Below, piece by piece: positions 51,362 to 64,000 of a stretch of 64,000 bases of DNA. The DNA lies in NCBI GenBank assembly GCA_942492025.1, contig CALODJ010000012.1, positions 569,272 to 633,271 of the forward strand, read 5' to 3'. Each line of letters starts with the position of its first letter. The stretch's first letter is position 1. The position numbers and the translations under genes are program-made. The notes beneath the pieces are model-generated. The model was not told the origin of the DNA. It was given only the letters and a program-made list of their open reading frames with translations, and did not search any database. This DNA is from an uncultured Gammaproteobacteria bacterium (GTDB lineage Bacteria; Pseudomonadota; Gammaproteobacteria; SZUA-229).

Positions 51362-52105
51362 CTAAAATTTCAGGTATGCGCCCAGGAAAGGCCCATTGAA
51401 ATCAATCTTTGCATTAGTGTCATCTACGTCGTCGAGTTCTATCGACTGGACTCTGTAACCGGCCTCAAAACCAATAAAGAAACTTGTTGTATAGGCTATC
51501 TTCGCGTTGAAGTCGGAGATGGTGCTGCCCGATATCGACATATAGTTGCCTTCTGCACTGAGTAATACACCCGGCCAGGGTGAGCCGCCGATCAATCCAT
51601 ACAGCATGGGTACCGGCGCACTGACTGATCCAGACGTGCTGGTGCCAGCATCATCATTGATCATGTAGGTTAAATCCAGCAATCGCACATTCAGCCCCAG
51701 ATCAAGACTGACGACGTTGTCCAGCACCTCATAGTAGCCCAGTATATCTGTCTGTTCGATCGAGAATTCATTGGCAACAGTACCGGAAAATGACTCACCA
51801 TCGAAAGCAAAAGCGGTGCTACCTGCGCCGGTATGATCAAGTTTTGTGTACATCACACGGACATTTGGCAGGATCGGTACCGGATGTTCCAGGGTCGCGA
51901 ATATATAACCCTGGGACTCTTCGCTCCAGAACAGATTGTTTTCGACGTCCACTGTCGGCGTGACAGCGTTGCTGGGTATGATAATGTTGCCTTCTGGCGT
52001 CTCGTTCCACACACCAGCACCGATCGCAAACGATAGAATATCGGCAGATACGATGGCGGGCACGGTGATAAGTACGCACCCTGTTATTAATCCATTGAAT
52101 CTCAT
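51362..52105 (-). CDS. Small outer-membrane beta-barrel protein
   Basis: 247 aa with a signal peptide, alternating amphipathic strands and a C-terminal YLKF beta-signal. Confidence 0.6.
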   Translation of the reverse strand: MRFNGLITGCVLITVPAIVSADILSFAIGAGVWNETPEGNIIIPSNAVTPTVDVENNLFWSEESQGYIFATLEHPVPILPNVRVMYTKLDHTGAGSTAFAFDGESFSGTVANEFSIEQTDILGYYEVLDNVVSLDLGLNVRLLDLTYMINDDAGTSTSGSVSAPVPMLYGLIGGSPWPGVLLSAEGNYMSISGSTISDFNAKIAYTTSFFIGFEAGYRVQSIELDDVDDTNAKIDFNGPFLGAYLKF

Positions 52106-52235
52106 GACTATACCTGAATTGGCGTTATATAAATATGCACTGAGTATAGTTGAAGATTACAGATAATTATTTGCTGGCATAATTCACTTTATTCTTGCCA
52201 GTGAGGCGGACAGACGCTGTGGCGGTACGTTGCAG

Positions 52236-52428
52236 GCCGAAGTTCTCACCAGAGGGCGAGATGACCACGCGGAGATTTGTCCATGCGTTATGTATTTTGT
52301 GGATGGATAAAAGCGTATAAATCGTCGGGCGCGCCGTGCGCACCACTTCGCAATAATCTTGCTTGTTCTACTGACTTTGGTGCGCGCGGCGCACCCTACC
52401 TCACTGATGAGAAATGCAGCCCTTGCGT
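52236..52428. repeat. Full type-A element, slightly diverged, with a core at 52322-52400
   Basis: GTTCTCACCAGAGGGCGAGATGACCACGCGGAG...GTCGGGCGCGCCGTGCGCACC...GGTGCGCGCGGCGCACCCTACC TCACTGATGAGAAATGCAGCCC. Confidence 0.85.
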
Positions 52429-52457
52429 AATAAGGCATTTCTATTTTCGGAGCCGCA

Positions 52458-55552
<3,095 letters not shown>

Positions 55553-55556
<4 letters not shown>

Positions 55557-56644
55557 GATGAGCCGGCGATATCATTGCCTTCCGGGTTGAGGACTTGCAC
55601 TTTTTTGCCGTGTCTGAGGCCATTGAAGCCCTTGATGACAATAGTGTCGTTGTTGTTGATGCCGCTGGTGATTTCAATCGCGTTGCCGTATTGTGCACCC
55701 TTGTTGATGTAGGTTTTGTGGCATGTGCTGTTTTGATCAACAACATAGACATAAGCGCCTTTGGCATCGTGATGCAGGGCGTGAGCTGGCACAACCAGTC
55801 TGTCGGAAGGGCGTGTTTTCAGATAAACCCGTGCCAACTGCCCGGCCCGGGCACGCAATGGCACAGGCTGGAACTCGATTTCAACAATGCCTTTGCGCGT
55901 ATCGGCATCGATTGTCGGGTGAATACGTTTGATACGGCCCGGGTGCAGGGCGTTGGACAGTGCATCGATCTGGATATCCACCTTGTCACCGACCTCGATT
56001 TGCGGAATCCAGTGTTCAGCTAGATAAATCCTCACCTGCAGCGACTCCGGATCGATCATGGACATGATGTGACTGTGCATCGGCACCACATCGCCCAGCT
56101 CGTAATGGCGTTCGGTTATAACACCATCAAAAGGTGCTTTGATGACCGTTTTACCCAGTCGGGTCTGCTGTAGCTGCTCGTCGGCTACGGCAATGTCGTA
56201 AGCGGTGCTTGCGCGTGCGATTTCTTCGTCCGATGCCAGTTGTTTTCGCAATTTCTTGAGGCGATCGTAATCAATTTTCGCCTGTTCCCGTGTGGCGGTG
56301 GCCTTGTCGAGTTCGGCCTGTATGATTGCGTCGTCGAGGCCGATAATGATGGTGTTGGCTGCGATCGTGTCGCCTTCATAAAAGGGCAGGTGTCTGATGC
56401 GTGCACTGACTTCGTTGTACAACCTTACCTTTGTTCCGGCTTCTATCGTCCCTGAGGTGGCAAGCTGGTTTTGTACCGACTGCATTCGCACCTGGGTAGT
56501 CTCGACTACATGGGCCACCGCCTGTTTGTTTGACAGGCTGGACTGGCCGGCATTATTGCTGTTGTCGCAAGCGGTGACAGCTAAACTGCTGAATACCGTG
56601 AGCAGGATTAGTGAATACCGCTTATGTAAATTCGTTATAATCAT
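55553..56644 (-). CDS. RND efflux periplasmic adaptor (membrane fusion protein)
   Basis: 363 aa with a lipoprotein-like N-terminus (LAVTAC) and coiled-coil/biotinyl-like domains. It overlaps the pump start by 4 bp. Confidence 0.8.
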
Positions 56645-56724
56645 GATGTTTATACTTCAGCCAATAACTTTAGGCACTGCCACCCGCGTGTAAAAGCGCT
56701 TGTCTTTGGCGCAACACTATCATT

Positions 56725-58539
56725 ATGGTACATCGACAAACCAGCAAGCCGCATTCTGACAGAAAAGACTGGCAGAATCTTAAGCGATTGTTCCCGTTCG
56801 TCTGGGAATACAGGGGCAGGGTCGTCATAGCCCTGACCTGTCTAGTTCTGTCCAAACTGGCATTCGTCGGCATGCCACTCGTGCTCAAGGAAATTGTTGA
56901 CGGGTTGGACAGTGAAAGCGGTGTGGTTGTTCTGCCGATCGTGCTGTTGCTGGCTTACGGCGTCTTGCGCATGGCGAGCAGCCTGTTCAATGAATTACGC
57001 GATGCCGTGTTCGCCAGGGTAAGGTACCATGCGATGCGGGGGATATCGCAGAAGGTGCTAAGCCATCTGTATTCCTTGTCATTACGCTATCACCTGGACC
57101 GAAAGACAGGCGGCATCATCCGCGATCTCGAACGCGGTACCAGCAGCCTCAGCTCGATCCTGAATTATCTGGTTTTCAATATCATTCCGACAGCGGCTGA
57201 ATTTGCCCTGGTTGCCCTGATTCTTCTGGGAAAATATGAAGCAAAATTCGCCTTTGTCACCTTCATTACGGTTGTGGTTTATATCGTCTTCACGTTATCG
57301 GTAACAGAATGGCGCATGCATTACCGCGTGCAGATGAATTCGCTGGAGTCCGAAGCCAACACATACGCTGTCGATGGCATAATTAATTACGAGACCGTGA
57401 AATATTTCAATAATGAGGATTACGAATTATCACGCTATGACGCGACCCTGAAAGAATGGGAGCACGCAGCTGTGAAAAGCCAGAATTCGATGTCCCTACT
57501 CAATTTCGGACAGGGTGCGGTGATTGCCGTCGGGGTGACATTCATGATGGTTTTCGCCGCGCAGGGTGTCGTCAGTGGAAGCATGAGCCTGGGCGATCTG
57601 GTTCTGGTCAATGCCATGATGCTGCAACTGTTTTTGCCGCTGAACTTCCTGGGTGTCATTTATCGTGCCCTGAAATACTCGCTTGCCGACATGGATATGA
57701 TGATGCGCTTGCTCGATACCGGTCAGGAGATCATGGACAAGCCATGGGCCAGGCCGCTAAAGGTTGATCATGCCCATGTCCGTGTTGAACACGTTTCCTT
57801 TGCCTACAACGAGGACAGGCAGATTCTGGATGATGTCAGTTTTGAGATAGCGACGGGTAAAAAGGTTGCTGTGGTTGGTCCATCGGGTGCAGGCAAGTCA
57901 ACACTGGCCAGACTGCTTTTTCGATTTTATGAGGCTGATGATGGCCGTATCCTGGTTGATGAACAGGACATCAGCGATGTGACCCAGGCCAGTCTGAGGG
58001 AGAATGTTGGCATTGTGCCGCAGGACACTGTGCTTTTTAACCAGTCGATTTATCACAACATTCATTACGCCAACCAGAAAGCGACGATGGAGGATATCAT
58101 CGAAGCCGCCAGGGTGGCGAATATTCATGAGTTTATTCAGAGTCTGCCGGATGGCTACGAAACCATTGTCGGTGAACGAGGCCTGAAGCTTTCCGGTGGT
58201 GAGAAACAGCGTATTGCCATCGCGCGTGTCATTCTGAAGAATCCGCGTATTCTTGTTTTTGATGAAGCGACGTCATCACTCGATTCGCGCTCGGAACAGT
58301 CGATACTGGCATCACTCAAGCAAGTCGCCAGACAACATACCACGCTGGTTATTGCTCACCGGCTGTCAACTATCATCGACGCTGACAACATTCTGGTGCT
58401 GGACAAGGGCAGAATCATCGAGCAGGGCAACCATCAGGCGCTGCTGGCCCAGGATGGACTGTATGCGCATCTGTGGCGGTTGCAGCAGGAAAAACGCGAA
58501 TACGAACTGGCACTGGAGACCGTTGCCGATACGGTCTGA
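56725..58539 (+). CDS. ABC transporter fused permease/ATPase (exporter type IV fold, ATM1/MsbA-like)
   Basis: 604 aa with six TM helices, then Walker A GPSGAGKST, the signature LSGGEKQR and Walker B ILVFDEATS. Confidence 0.85.
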   Translation: MVHRQTSKPHSDRKDWQNLKRLFPFVWEYRGRVVIALTCLVLSKLAFVGMPLVLKEIVDGLDSESGVVVLPIVLLLAYGVLRMASSLFNELRDAVFARVRYHAMRGISQKVLSHLYSLSLRYHLDRKTGGIIRDLERGTSSLSSILNYLVFNIIPTAAEFALVALILLGKYEAKFAFVTFITVVVYIVFTLSVTEWRMHYRVQMNSLESEANTYAVDGIINYETVKYFNNEDYELSRYDATLKEWEHAAVKSQNSMSLLNFGQGAVIAVGVTFMMVFAAQGVVSGSMSLGDLVLVNAMMLQLFLPLNFLGVIYRALKYSLADMDMMMRLLDTGQEIMDKPWARPLKVDHAHVRVEHVSFAYNEDRQILDDVSFEIATGKKVAVVGPSGAGKSTLARLLFRFYEADDGRILVDEQDISDVTQASLRENVGIVPQDTVLFNQSIYHNIHYANQKATMEDIIEAARVANIHEFIQSLPDGYETIVGERGLKLSGGEKQRIAIARVILKNPRILVFDEATSSLDSRSEQSILASLKQVARQHTTLVIAHRLSTIIDADNILVLDKGRIIEQGNHQALLAQDGLYAHLWRLQQEKREYELALETVADTV

Positions 58540-58556
58540 TGTTGCTTGAGGGATTA

Positions 58557-58878
58557 TTTTTCACCGCAAAGGCGCAAAGCTATTTTAAGTCCACAGATGA
58601 ACGCAGATAAACGCGGATTGTATGCATGGGATTTGTGCCGTGCGTGCAAGCTGAACAACTTCCCGTCATCGATGTATGTGTCGAGTGTCGTTAATAAAAA
58701 AATGCGTGATCCGTAGGGTGCGCCATGCGCACCGTTTGCACCAGTCGGGCGAGCTGTATGCTGTCGGTGCGCACGGTGCACCCTTCTACATTCTCCAAAC
58801 ATGAGAAACATCCGTGTTCATCTGCGTTCATCTGTGGACAAAAAACTTTGCGTACTTTGCGCCTTTGCTGTGAAAAAA
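58557..58878. repeat. Doubly nested IR2-variant element with a core (58713-58787)
   Basis: The outer arms are TTTTTCACCGCAAAGGCGCAAAGC and CTTTGCGCCTTTGCTGTGAAAAAA. The inner arms are CCACAGATGAACGCAGAT and ATCTGCGTTCATCTGTGG. The core is GTAGGGTGCGCCATGCGCACC...GGTGCGCACGGTGCACCC. Confidence 0.85.
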
Positions 58879-58975
58879 AGCGTTATCTGATCTTCTGCGG
58901 TAAAAAAACAATATACAACCCCGGAATATCGTCTATAAAAAACAGTAAGGGAACAAACTCAAAAAAAGAATAAAA

Positions 58976-61246
58976 ATGTCCGAACAAGACGAAGCCGCGC
59001 TCGATTATCACCAGCGTCCGGTACCAGGTAAGCTGGCCATCATTGCGACCAAGCCGCTCAGTACCCAAAACGATCTATCACTGGCGTATTCTCCCGGTGT
59101 TGCCTCGGCCTGCAATGCTATTGCCGATGACCCGCGCACCGCTGCAGATTATACGGTGCGTGGAAATCTGGTCGCGGTAATTACCAACGGCAGTGCCGTA
59201 CTCGGCCTGGGCAATATCGGTCCTCTGGCTTCCAAGCCGGTGATGGAGGGCAAGGCTGTACTGTTCAAAAGGTTCTCCGGTATCGATGTTTTCGATATTG
59301 AAATTAACCAGCCTGATGTTGACAGGTTCGTTGATACTGTCGTCAGCCTGGAGCCGACCTTTGGTGGAATTAATCTGGAAGACATCAAGGCGCCGGAATG
59401 TTTTGTCATTGAACAGCAACTGCGTGAGCGCATGAATATTCCGGTGTTTCATGATGATCAACACGGCACCGCGATTATTGTGGCGGCCGCGGTCCTGAAC
59501 GGCCTCAAGCTGGTTGGTAAAAAAATCGAGGAAGTGCGGTTGGTTACGAGTGGAGCCGGTGCAGCTGCGCTGGCGTGCCTGAATCAGCTGGTCAGTGCCG
59601 GTCTCGCAAAAGAGAATATCATCGTCACCGACAGTTCCGGCGTTGTCTATCAGGGTCGTGACAACACGGATCAATGGAAATCCGTCTATGCCGTGGATAC
59701 CGCGGCGCGCTGTCTTGCCGAGGCGATCAGGGGGGCTGATATATTCCTGGGTCTGTCCAGGGCGGGCATACTCAAAGCAGAGATGGTCGACAGCATGGCA
59801 AGCAGACCGCTGATCTTTGCTCTGGCCAATCCCGTGCCGGAGGTTTTGCCGGAAGAGGTCAGTCAGATCCGTGGAGATGCCATTGTCTGCACCGGGCGCT
59901 CTGATTACCCCAACCAGGTCAACAATGTGTTGTGCTTTCCGTACATTTTTCGCGGCGCACTCGATGTCGGTGCAACTACCATCAATGATGAAATGAAGCT
60001 CGCCTGCGTCAGGGCGCTTGCCGGTCTTGCCCGGGAAGAAACATCCGACCATCTGGTGCACGCCTACGGTGTGAACGAACTGCAGTTTGGTTCGGATTAT
60101 GTAATACCAAAACCGTTTGATCCCAGGCTGGTGGTTGAACTGTCTTCTGCTGTGGCGCAGGCAGCAATGGATACCGGTGTGGCTACACGCCCTTTGGCAG
60201 ATATACACGCCTATCGGGAAAAATTGACCGGTTTCATCTACCGTTCCGGTTTTTTCATGCGTCCAATATTCGAACTGGCTCGTGGTACCGGCAAAAAGAT
60301 TGTCTATGCCGAGGGTGAAGAGATCCGCGTATTGCAGGCGGCGCAACAGGTTGTCGATGATGACCTGGCCTTTCCGGTATTGATCGGTGATCCCGATACC
60401 ATCAAGCGGCGGATCATGAAACTGGGTTTGCGCCTGGTGGCCGGAGAGAATATCGATATCATCGATCCATCGAACAATCCCTTTTATCAGGAGCACTGGC
60501 GCTGCTACCTGAATATCATGGGGCGCAGGGGCGTGACCCCTGACAGCGCCCAGCAGTCTGTAAAAACACAACATGCGGTTGTCGCGGCCTTGCTGGTCTA
60601 TTGTGGTCATGCCGATACCATGATTGCGGGCGTGATCGGAGGTTTTCATCGATGCCTGAATCACGTTATTGATATTGTCGGCACGGAGCGGGGCATCCGT
60701 GAAGCCTCGACACTGGTTGCGCATCTATTGCCATCACGTACCTTATTCATCTGCGATCCGCATGTATCACCCGATCCGTCTGCTGAGGCTGTTGCAGAAA
60801 TGACCATGCTGGCTGCAGAGCAGGTTCGCAGTTTCAATATCGTACCAAAAGTAGCGTTGCTGTCACATTCCAATTTTGGTGTATCCTCGGCGCCATCCGC
60901 AGAAAAAATGCGCCGGGCATTGCAGCTACTCAACGATAACGCACCCGAATTAGAAGTTGATGGTGAAATGCACGCTGATGTCGCGCTGGTTGAAAACATC
61001 AGGCACAAGCTTTTTCCAGATTCAAGCTTGAGTGGTTCGGCCAACTTGTTAATCATGCCAAACGCCGATGCTGCCAATATTGCGGTCAATCTACTGAAGA
61101 TTCTGGGGGGTGGCATCACTGTCGGACCGATTTTGATGGGCACGGCGCGATCAGCCCATGTGGTCACACAATCGGCAACGGTACGTAGCCTGGTTAACAT
61201 GACGGCAGTCGCGGTGGTGCAGGCACTTCGGCGCCAGCAGCGATGA
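58976..61246 (+). CDS. maeB: NADP-dependent malic enzyme with a C-terminal phosphotransacetylase-like domain
   Basis: 756 aa. The N-terminal malic enzyme region ([13 protein letters not shown](P)-binding GAGAAA) is followed by a PTA-like domain. Confidence 0.9.
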   Translation: MSEQDEAALDYHQRPVPGKLAIIATKPLSTQNDLSLAYSPGVASACNAIADDPRTAADYTVRGNLVAVITNGSAVLGLGNIGPLASKPVMEGKAVLFKRFSGIDVFDIEINQPDVDRFVDTVVSLEPTFGGINLEDIKAPECFVIEQQLRERMNIPVFHDDQHGTAIIVAAAVLNGLKLVGKKIEEVRLVTSGAGAAALACLNQLVSAGLAKENIIVTDSSGVVYQGRDNTDQWKSVYAVDTAARCLAEAIRGADIFLGLSRAGILKAEMVDSMASRPLIFALANPVPEVLPEEVSQIRGDAIVCTGRSDYPNQVNNVLCFPYIFRGALDVGATTINDEMKLACVRALAGLAREETSDHLVHAYGVNELQFGSDYVIPKPFDPRLVVELSSAVAQAAMDTGVATRPLADIHAYREKLTGFIYRSGFFMRPIFELARGTGKKIVYAEGEEIRVLQAAQQVVDDDLAFPVLIGDPDTIKRRIMKLGLRLVAGENIDIIDPSNNPFYQEHWRCYLNIMGRRGVTPDSAQQSVKTQHAVVAALLVYCGHADTMIAGVIGGFHRCLNHVIDIVGTERGIREASTLVAHLLPSRTLFICDPHVSPDPSAEAVAEMTMLAAEQVRSFNIVPKVALLSHSNFGVSSAPSAEKMRRALQLLNDNAPELEVDGEMHADVALVENIRHKLFPDSSLSGSANLLIMPNADAANIAVNLLKILGGGITVGPILMGTARSAHVVTQSATVRSLVNMTAVAVVQALRRQQR

Positions 61247-61276
61247 CCTTCACGACGAACATGAACGCATCTGTCT

Positions 61277-61324
61277 GGCCCGCATGCTGCACGAAGGCGG
61301 ACGCCTTCGTGCAGCATGCGGGCC
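61277..61324. repeat. Perfect 22-bp-stem hairpin derived from IR1 sequence
   Basis: GGCCCGCATGCTGCACGAAGG cgg acg CCTTCGTGCAGCATGCGGGCC, with no T-tract following. Confidence 0.75.
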
Positions 61325-61353
61325 AGGTCATGAAAACCGCAAGATCGAGTGAG

Positions 61354-61578
61354 GTAGGGTGCGCCGTGCGCACCACTCGGAAATAATCCCGCTTGTAATA
61401 CCGGTTTCGGTGCGCACGGCGCACCCTACGAGGTGTACGGATGTGTTAACGCGCAGGCGCAGAGAACACCTCATACTTTCGAGTAACCAAAATTCTCAGC
61501 ATCGCCGCGCCTCTGCGGTTAATCAACGGCTCCACTTTGAGAACTCTGCGTCTTTGCGGTGAGAAATGCGGGTGACGG
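61354..61578. repeat. Composite repeat: core palindrome (61354-61430), IR2-only mini element (61449-61524) and a right IR1 arm (61540-61578)
   Basis: GTAGGGTGCGCCGTGCGCACC...GGTGCGCACGGCGCACCCTACG, then ACGCGCAGGCGCAGAGAA...CGCCGCGCCTCTGCGGTTAATC, then CTCTGCGTCTTTGCGGTGAGAAATGCGGGTG. Confidence 0.85.
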
Positions 61579-61653
61579 GTTTCACACAACAGGCCGGGCC
61601 CGAACGCGATTGATCGGATTACATCAGTCAGACCGGGCCCTTATGACGGCTAT

Positions 61654-62097
61654 TTACTTATTCGGTAAAAATTCCGGCATGTGTTTGCGGATGTCGTCCG
61701 GATTCAGCTGTGAGAGGTTCTTGTCCAGTTCGAGGCTGACCATTTTTCTGGTTTGATCATTCAAACCGCTTCTAAGGTTGCCCAGCAGTGCCGGTGCAGC
61801 AACAATAATAAGCTGTTTGAATTTGTCACTTTTGCGCGCATCGTCGAGAAAATTTGCAATCCGTCTGGCGAAGCTCACATTCTCATAATCCTTTGCATCC
61901 GTTTCCGTTTCATAGGAATGGCGTGACCCGCCTGTACCTGCGCCACGACCCGGCAGATCGCTGGTGATATCACGATCGTGCATGCGGCCTTCCGGATGAA
62001 CGATTGAGTCAACTTCGATCAAGGGTGATGATGGTGTTTCTGCAGTGAAAATGCGTGCGCGACTGTTGTCGGCCACAACTACCCACGTTTTTCTCAT
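61654..62097 (-). CDS. Host-attachment-protein family (PF10116-like) protein
   Basis: 147 aa. The N-terminal MRKTWVVVADNSRARIF matches the characteristic start of this family. Confidence 0.5.
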   Translation of the reverse strand: MRKTWVVVADNSRARIFTAETPSSPLIEVDSIVHPEGRMHDRDITSDLPGRGAGTGGSRHSYETETDAKDYENVSFARRIANFLDDARKSDKFKQLIIVAAPALLGNLRSGLNDQTRKMVSLELDKNLSQLNPDDIRKHMPEFLPNK

Positions 62098-62364
62098 GTA
62101 TTACGAACCTCTATAAAAATTCTGGACATATTCAGACACTAACACACCATGCCATTTTTTGATATTGGTCATGATGTTGATTCTGGGCGTATTCTAACCG
62201 ACATAGCCGTAGAGGCGTAGAGACCGTAAAGCGGTTGTGCGTGTATTGTCGGCGAATGGCGCTCCAGTATCTGGGCATGCTTAACCCGGGATCAAACTGG
62301 GCGTCCATTGTGATCTCACGACGCGGCGATATGAAATACGTTGTTATCGATAGTATCGTGCAGA

Positions 62365-63768
62365 TTATGCGTTATGCATCAAATCCAGCCTCTGCCCGTA
62401 TTTTGCAATAGTTACCGGTGCATTCAAGTCCTGTTGCAGGCGTTCTGCCAGGCTCTCGAGAGCCACGGTTTCGCCATGGACCAGCATGACCGGGGGACGT
62501 TGTTCAAAGTTGGCGTACCAGTTTCTCAGTCCGAGCTGGTCAGCGTGGGCAGACAGACCACCAACCGTGTGAACACCGGCAGCGACACGGACAGTCTCGC
62601 CCCACAAGCGGATATATTTTGCCCCATCGACCAGGGCACGCCCGAGCGTTCCCTGTGCCTGGAAACCGGAAATGACCACTTCGCATTCGCGCCGCCAGAT
62701 GTTGTGTTTGAGGTGATGCTTGATTCTGCCGCCACTGCACATGCCGCTTCCGGCTATGATGATGGCACCTGACTGGATTCGGTTCAGCGCCATCGACTGA
62801 TTCGAGGTTCTGGAAATATGCAGATTCGGCAGAATGGCCTGCGCCTGATTTTTTCGCCATAAATCCATCATGTCCTGATCGAATAAATCGCTGTGCCGGG
62901 TGAACACGCGTGTGGCCTCGATCGCCAGCGGGCTATCCAGGAACACCTGCCAGCGGTCCAGCTTCCAGTCGGTGTAATATTTCGCAAACATATACAGAAT
63001 CTCCTGGGTCCGTCCAACTGCGAATGCCGGTATCAGGATGTTTCCACGACTGTTCGTCGTATTCTGCACAACGCTTTCAATTTCGGTCAGTGTTTCTTCC
63101 CAGGAGCGGTGCAGGCGATCACCGTAGGTACTCTCCATGATGACCAGGTCGGCCTGTTTGATCTTGGCCGGATCCTGCAGGATTGGCATCCCGGGTCTAC
63201 CCAAATCACCGCTGAACACCAGCTTGCGCACCTGTCGGCCATCGTCGAGCCACAATTCCACAATCGAAGATCCCAGGATGTGACCGGCATCGTTCAGGCG
63301 TAATGTCACATTGGGAAGAATTTTGATTTTCTTGCCATAGACAAGCCCCTTGAACAGCGACAGGGCAGCGCTCGCATCCTCAATGGTATATAGCGCCTCT
63401 ACAGGCTTCAGGCCCTTGCGCAGGCGTTTTCGGTTTTCCCATTCAACATCTTTCTCATTGAGAAAAGCCGAGTCTTTCAACATGATTCTGCACAAGTCGC
63501 GGCTGGCACGATGCGTATAGACCGGGCCATTGAAGCCGCCTTTAAGCAGCATTGGCAGGCGGCCGGAATGATCGATGTGGGCATGGCTTAACACCACCGC
63601 ATCGATGCTGCCGGGATCGAACGGGAACGCGAGCTTGTTTCGCTCCTCGTCGCTGCGGCGACCCTGTATCAGACCGCAATCGAGCAGGATACGGTTCTCA
63701 CCGACCGTCACCAGATGGCACGAGCCGGTGACTTCTTCAGCAGCACCGAAAAATTGGACATTCATCAC
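62365..63768 (-). CDS. MBL-fold metallo-hydrolase with beta-CASP / RNA-specificity domain (RNase J-like)
   Basis: 467 aa with the HxHxDH motif (HAHIDHSG) and beta-CASP motifs plus a C-terminal RNA-metabolising MBL domain. Confidence 0.75.
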   Translation of the reverse strand: MMNVQFFGAAEEVTGSCHLVTVGENRILLDCGLIQGRRSDEERNKLAFPFDPGSIDAVVLSHAHIDHSGRLPMLLKGGFNGPVYTHRASRDLCRIMLKDSAFLNEKDVEWENRKRLRKGLKPVEALYTIEDASAALSLFKGLVYGKKIKILPNVTLRLNDAGHILGSSIVELWLDDGRQVRKLVFSGDLGRPGMPILQDPAKIKQADLVIMESTYGDRLHRSWEETLTEIESVVQNTTNSRGNILIPAFAVGRTQEILYMFAKYYTDWKLDRWQVFLDSPLAIEATRVFTRHSDLFDQDMMDLWRKNQAQAILPNLHISRTSNQSMALNRIQSGAIIIAGSGMCSGGRIKHHLKHNIWRRECEVVISGFQAQGTLGRALVDGAKYIRLWGETVRVAAGVHTVGGLSAHADQLGLRNWYANFEQRPPVMLVHGETVALESLAERLQQDLNAPVTIAKYGQRLDLMHNA

Positions 63769-64000
63769 TGGGGTAATCCTGCTGGCTTCTCCAGCAAATC
63801 CGCGCCGGTCACAGCAGCCTGATCAGAAGGCGACCCCGAAGGGTTGAAATACAGGGATGTATTTCATGAATCCAAATCTCTGCGTGATCATCTCGTCCTC
63901 TGGTGATAAATGCGAGTCTCTATTATGACAGGCTTTGCGATAAGATACATCGACAGGCTGGGGTTGGGGCGATGGTCAAGCACGGCTTTTTCGGTAGGGC

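Overview
This window reads as a gammaproteobacterial chromosomal segment, about half of it conserved housekeeping synteny. The first block runs gyrA (3' end), serC, a serA-like gene, pheA, hisC, tyrA, aroA, cmk, rpsA, ihfB, lapB, pyrF. The second runs dapE, glnD, map on the minus strand and then rpsB, tsf, pyrH, frr, uppS, cdsA, dxr, rseP, bamA, skp, lpxD, fabZ, lpxA on the plus strand. The canonical lpxD-fabZ-lpxA cluster stops abruptly after lpxA; lpxB, rnhB and dnaE are absent from the window. What follows is a mosaic of accessory-looking blocks: a CutA/Nif3-insert-like small protein, thiopurine S-methyltransferase and an M16C PreP-like peptidase; then DUF503, an AmrS-like radical SAM enzyme, YggX, an ATP-grasp enzyme, an ErpA-like protein and a second LpxA paralog; then a PA2778/PA2779-like peptidase pair with an EEP-family protein; then a small CDP-alcohol phosphatidyltransferase, a small outer-membrane beta-barrel, an RND pump, an ABC exporter, maeB, a host-attachment-family protein and a beta-CASP MBL RNase. 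One tRNA is present, Arg with anticodon CCT, on the minus strand at 17109-17185. The most striking thing visible in the sequence is a dense family of nested palindromic intergenic repeats: a core GTAGGGTGCGCCGTGCGCACC...GGTGCGCACGGCGCACCCTAC, wrapped by IR2 arms built from CACAGAG/CTCTGYG heptamers and/or IR1 arms TAGCCCGCATTTCTCACCAG...CTGGTGAGAAATGCGGGCTA. There are at least 9 core copies in 64 kb, at almost every operon boundary in the second half, several abutting stop codons. No CRISPR array, integrase, transposase or prophage genes were seen. The most system-like candidate is the Fe-S-themed block DUF503, AmrS-like radical SAM, YggX, ATP-grasp, ErpA-like, LpxA2 at 42.0-46.9 kb, together with the second LpxA.
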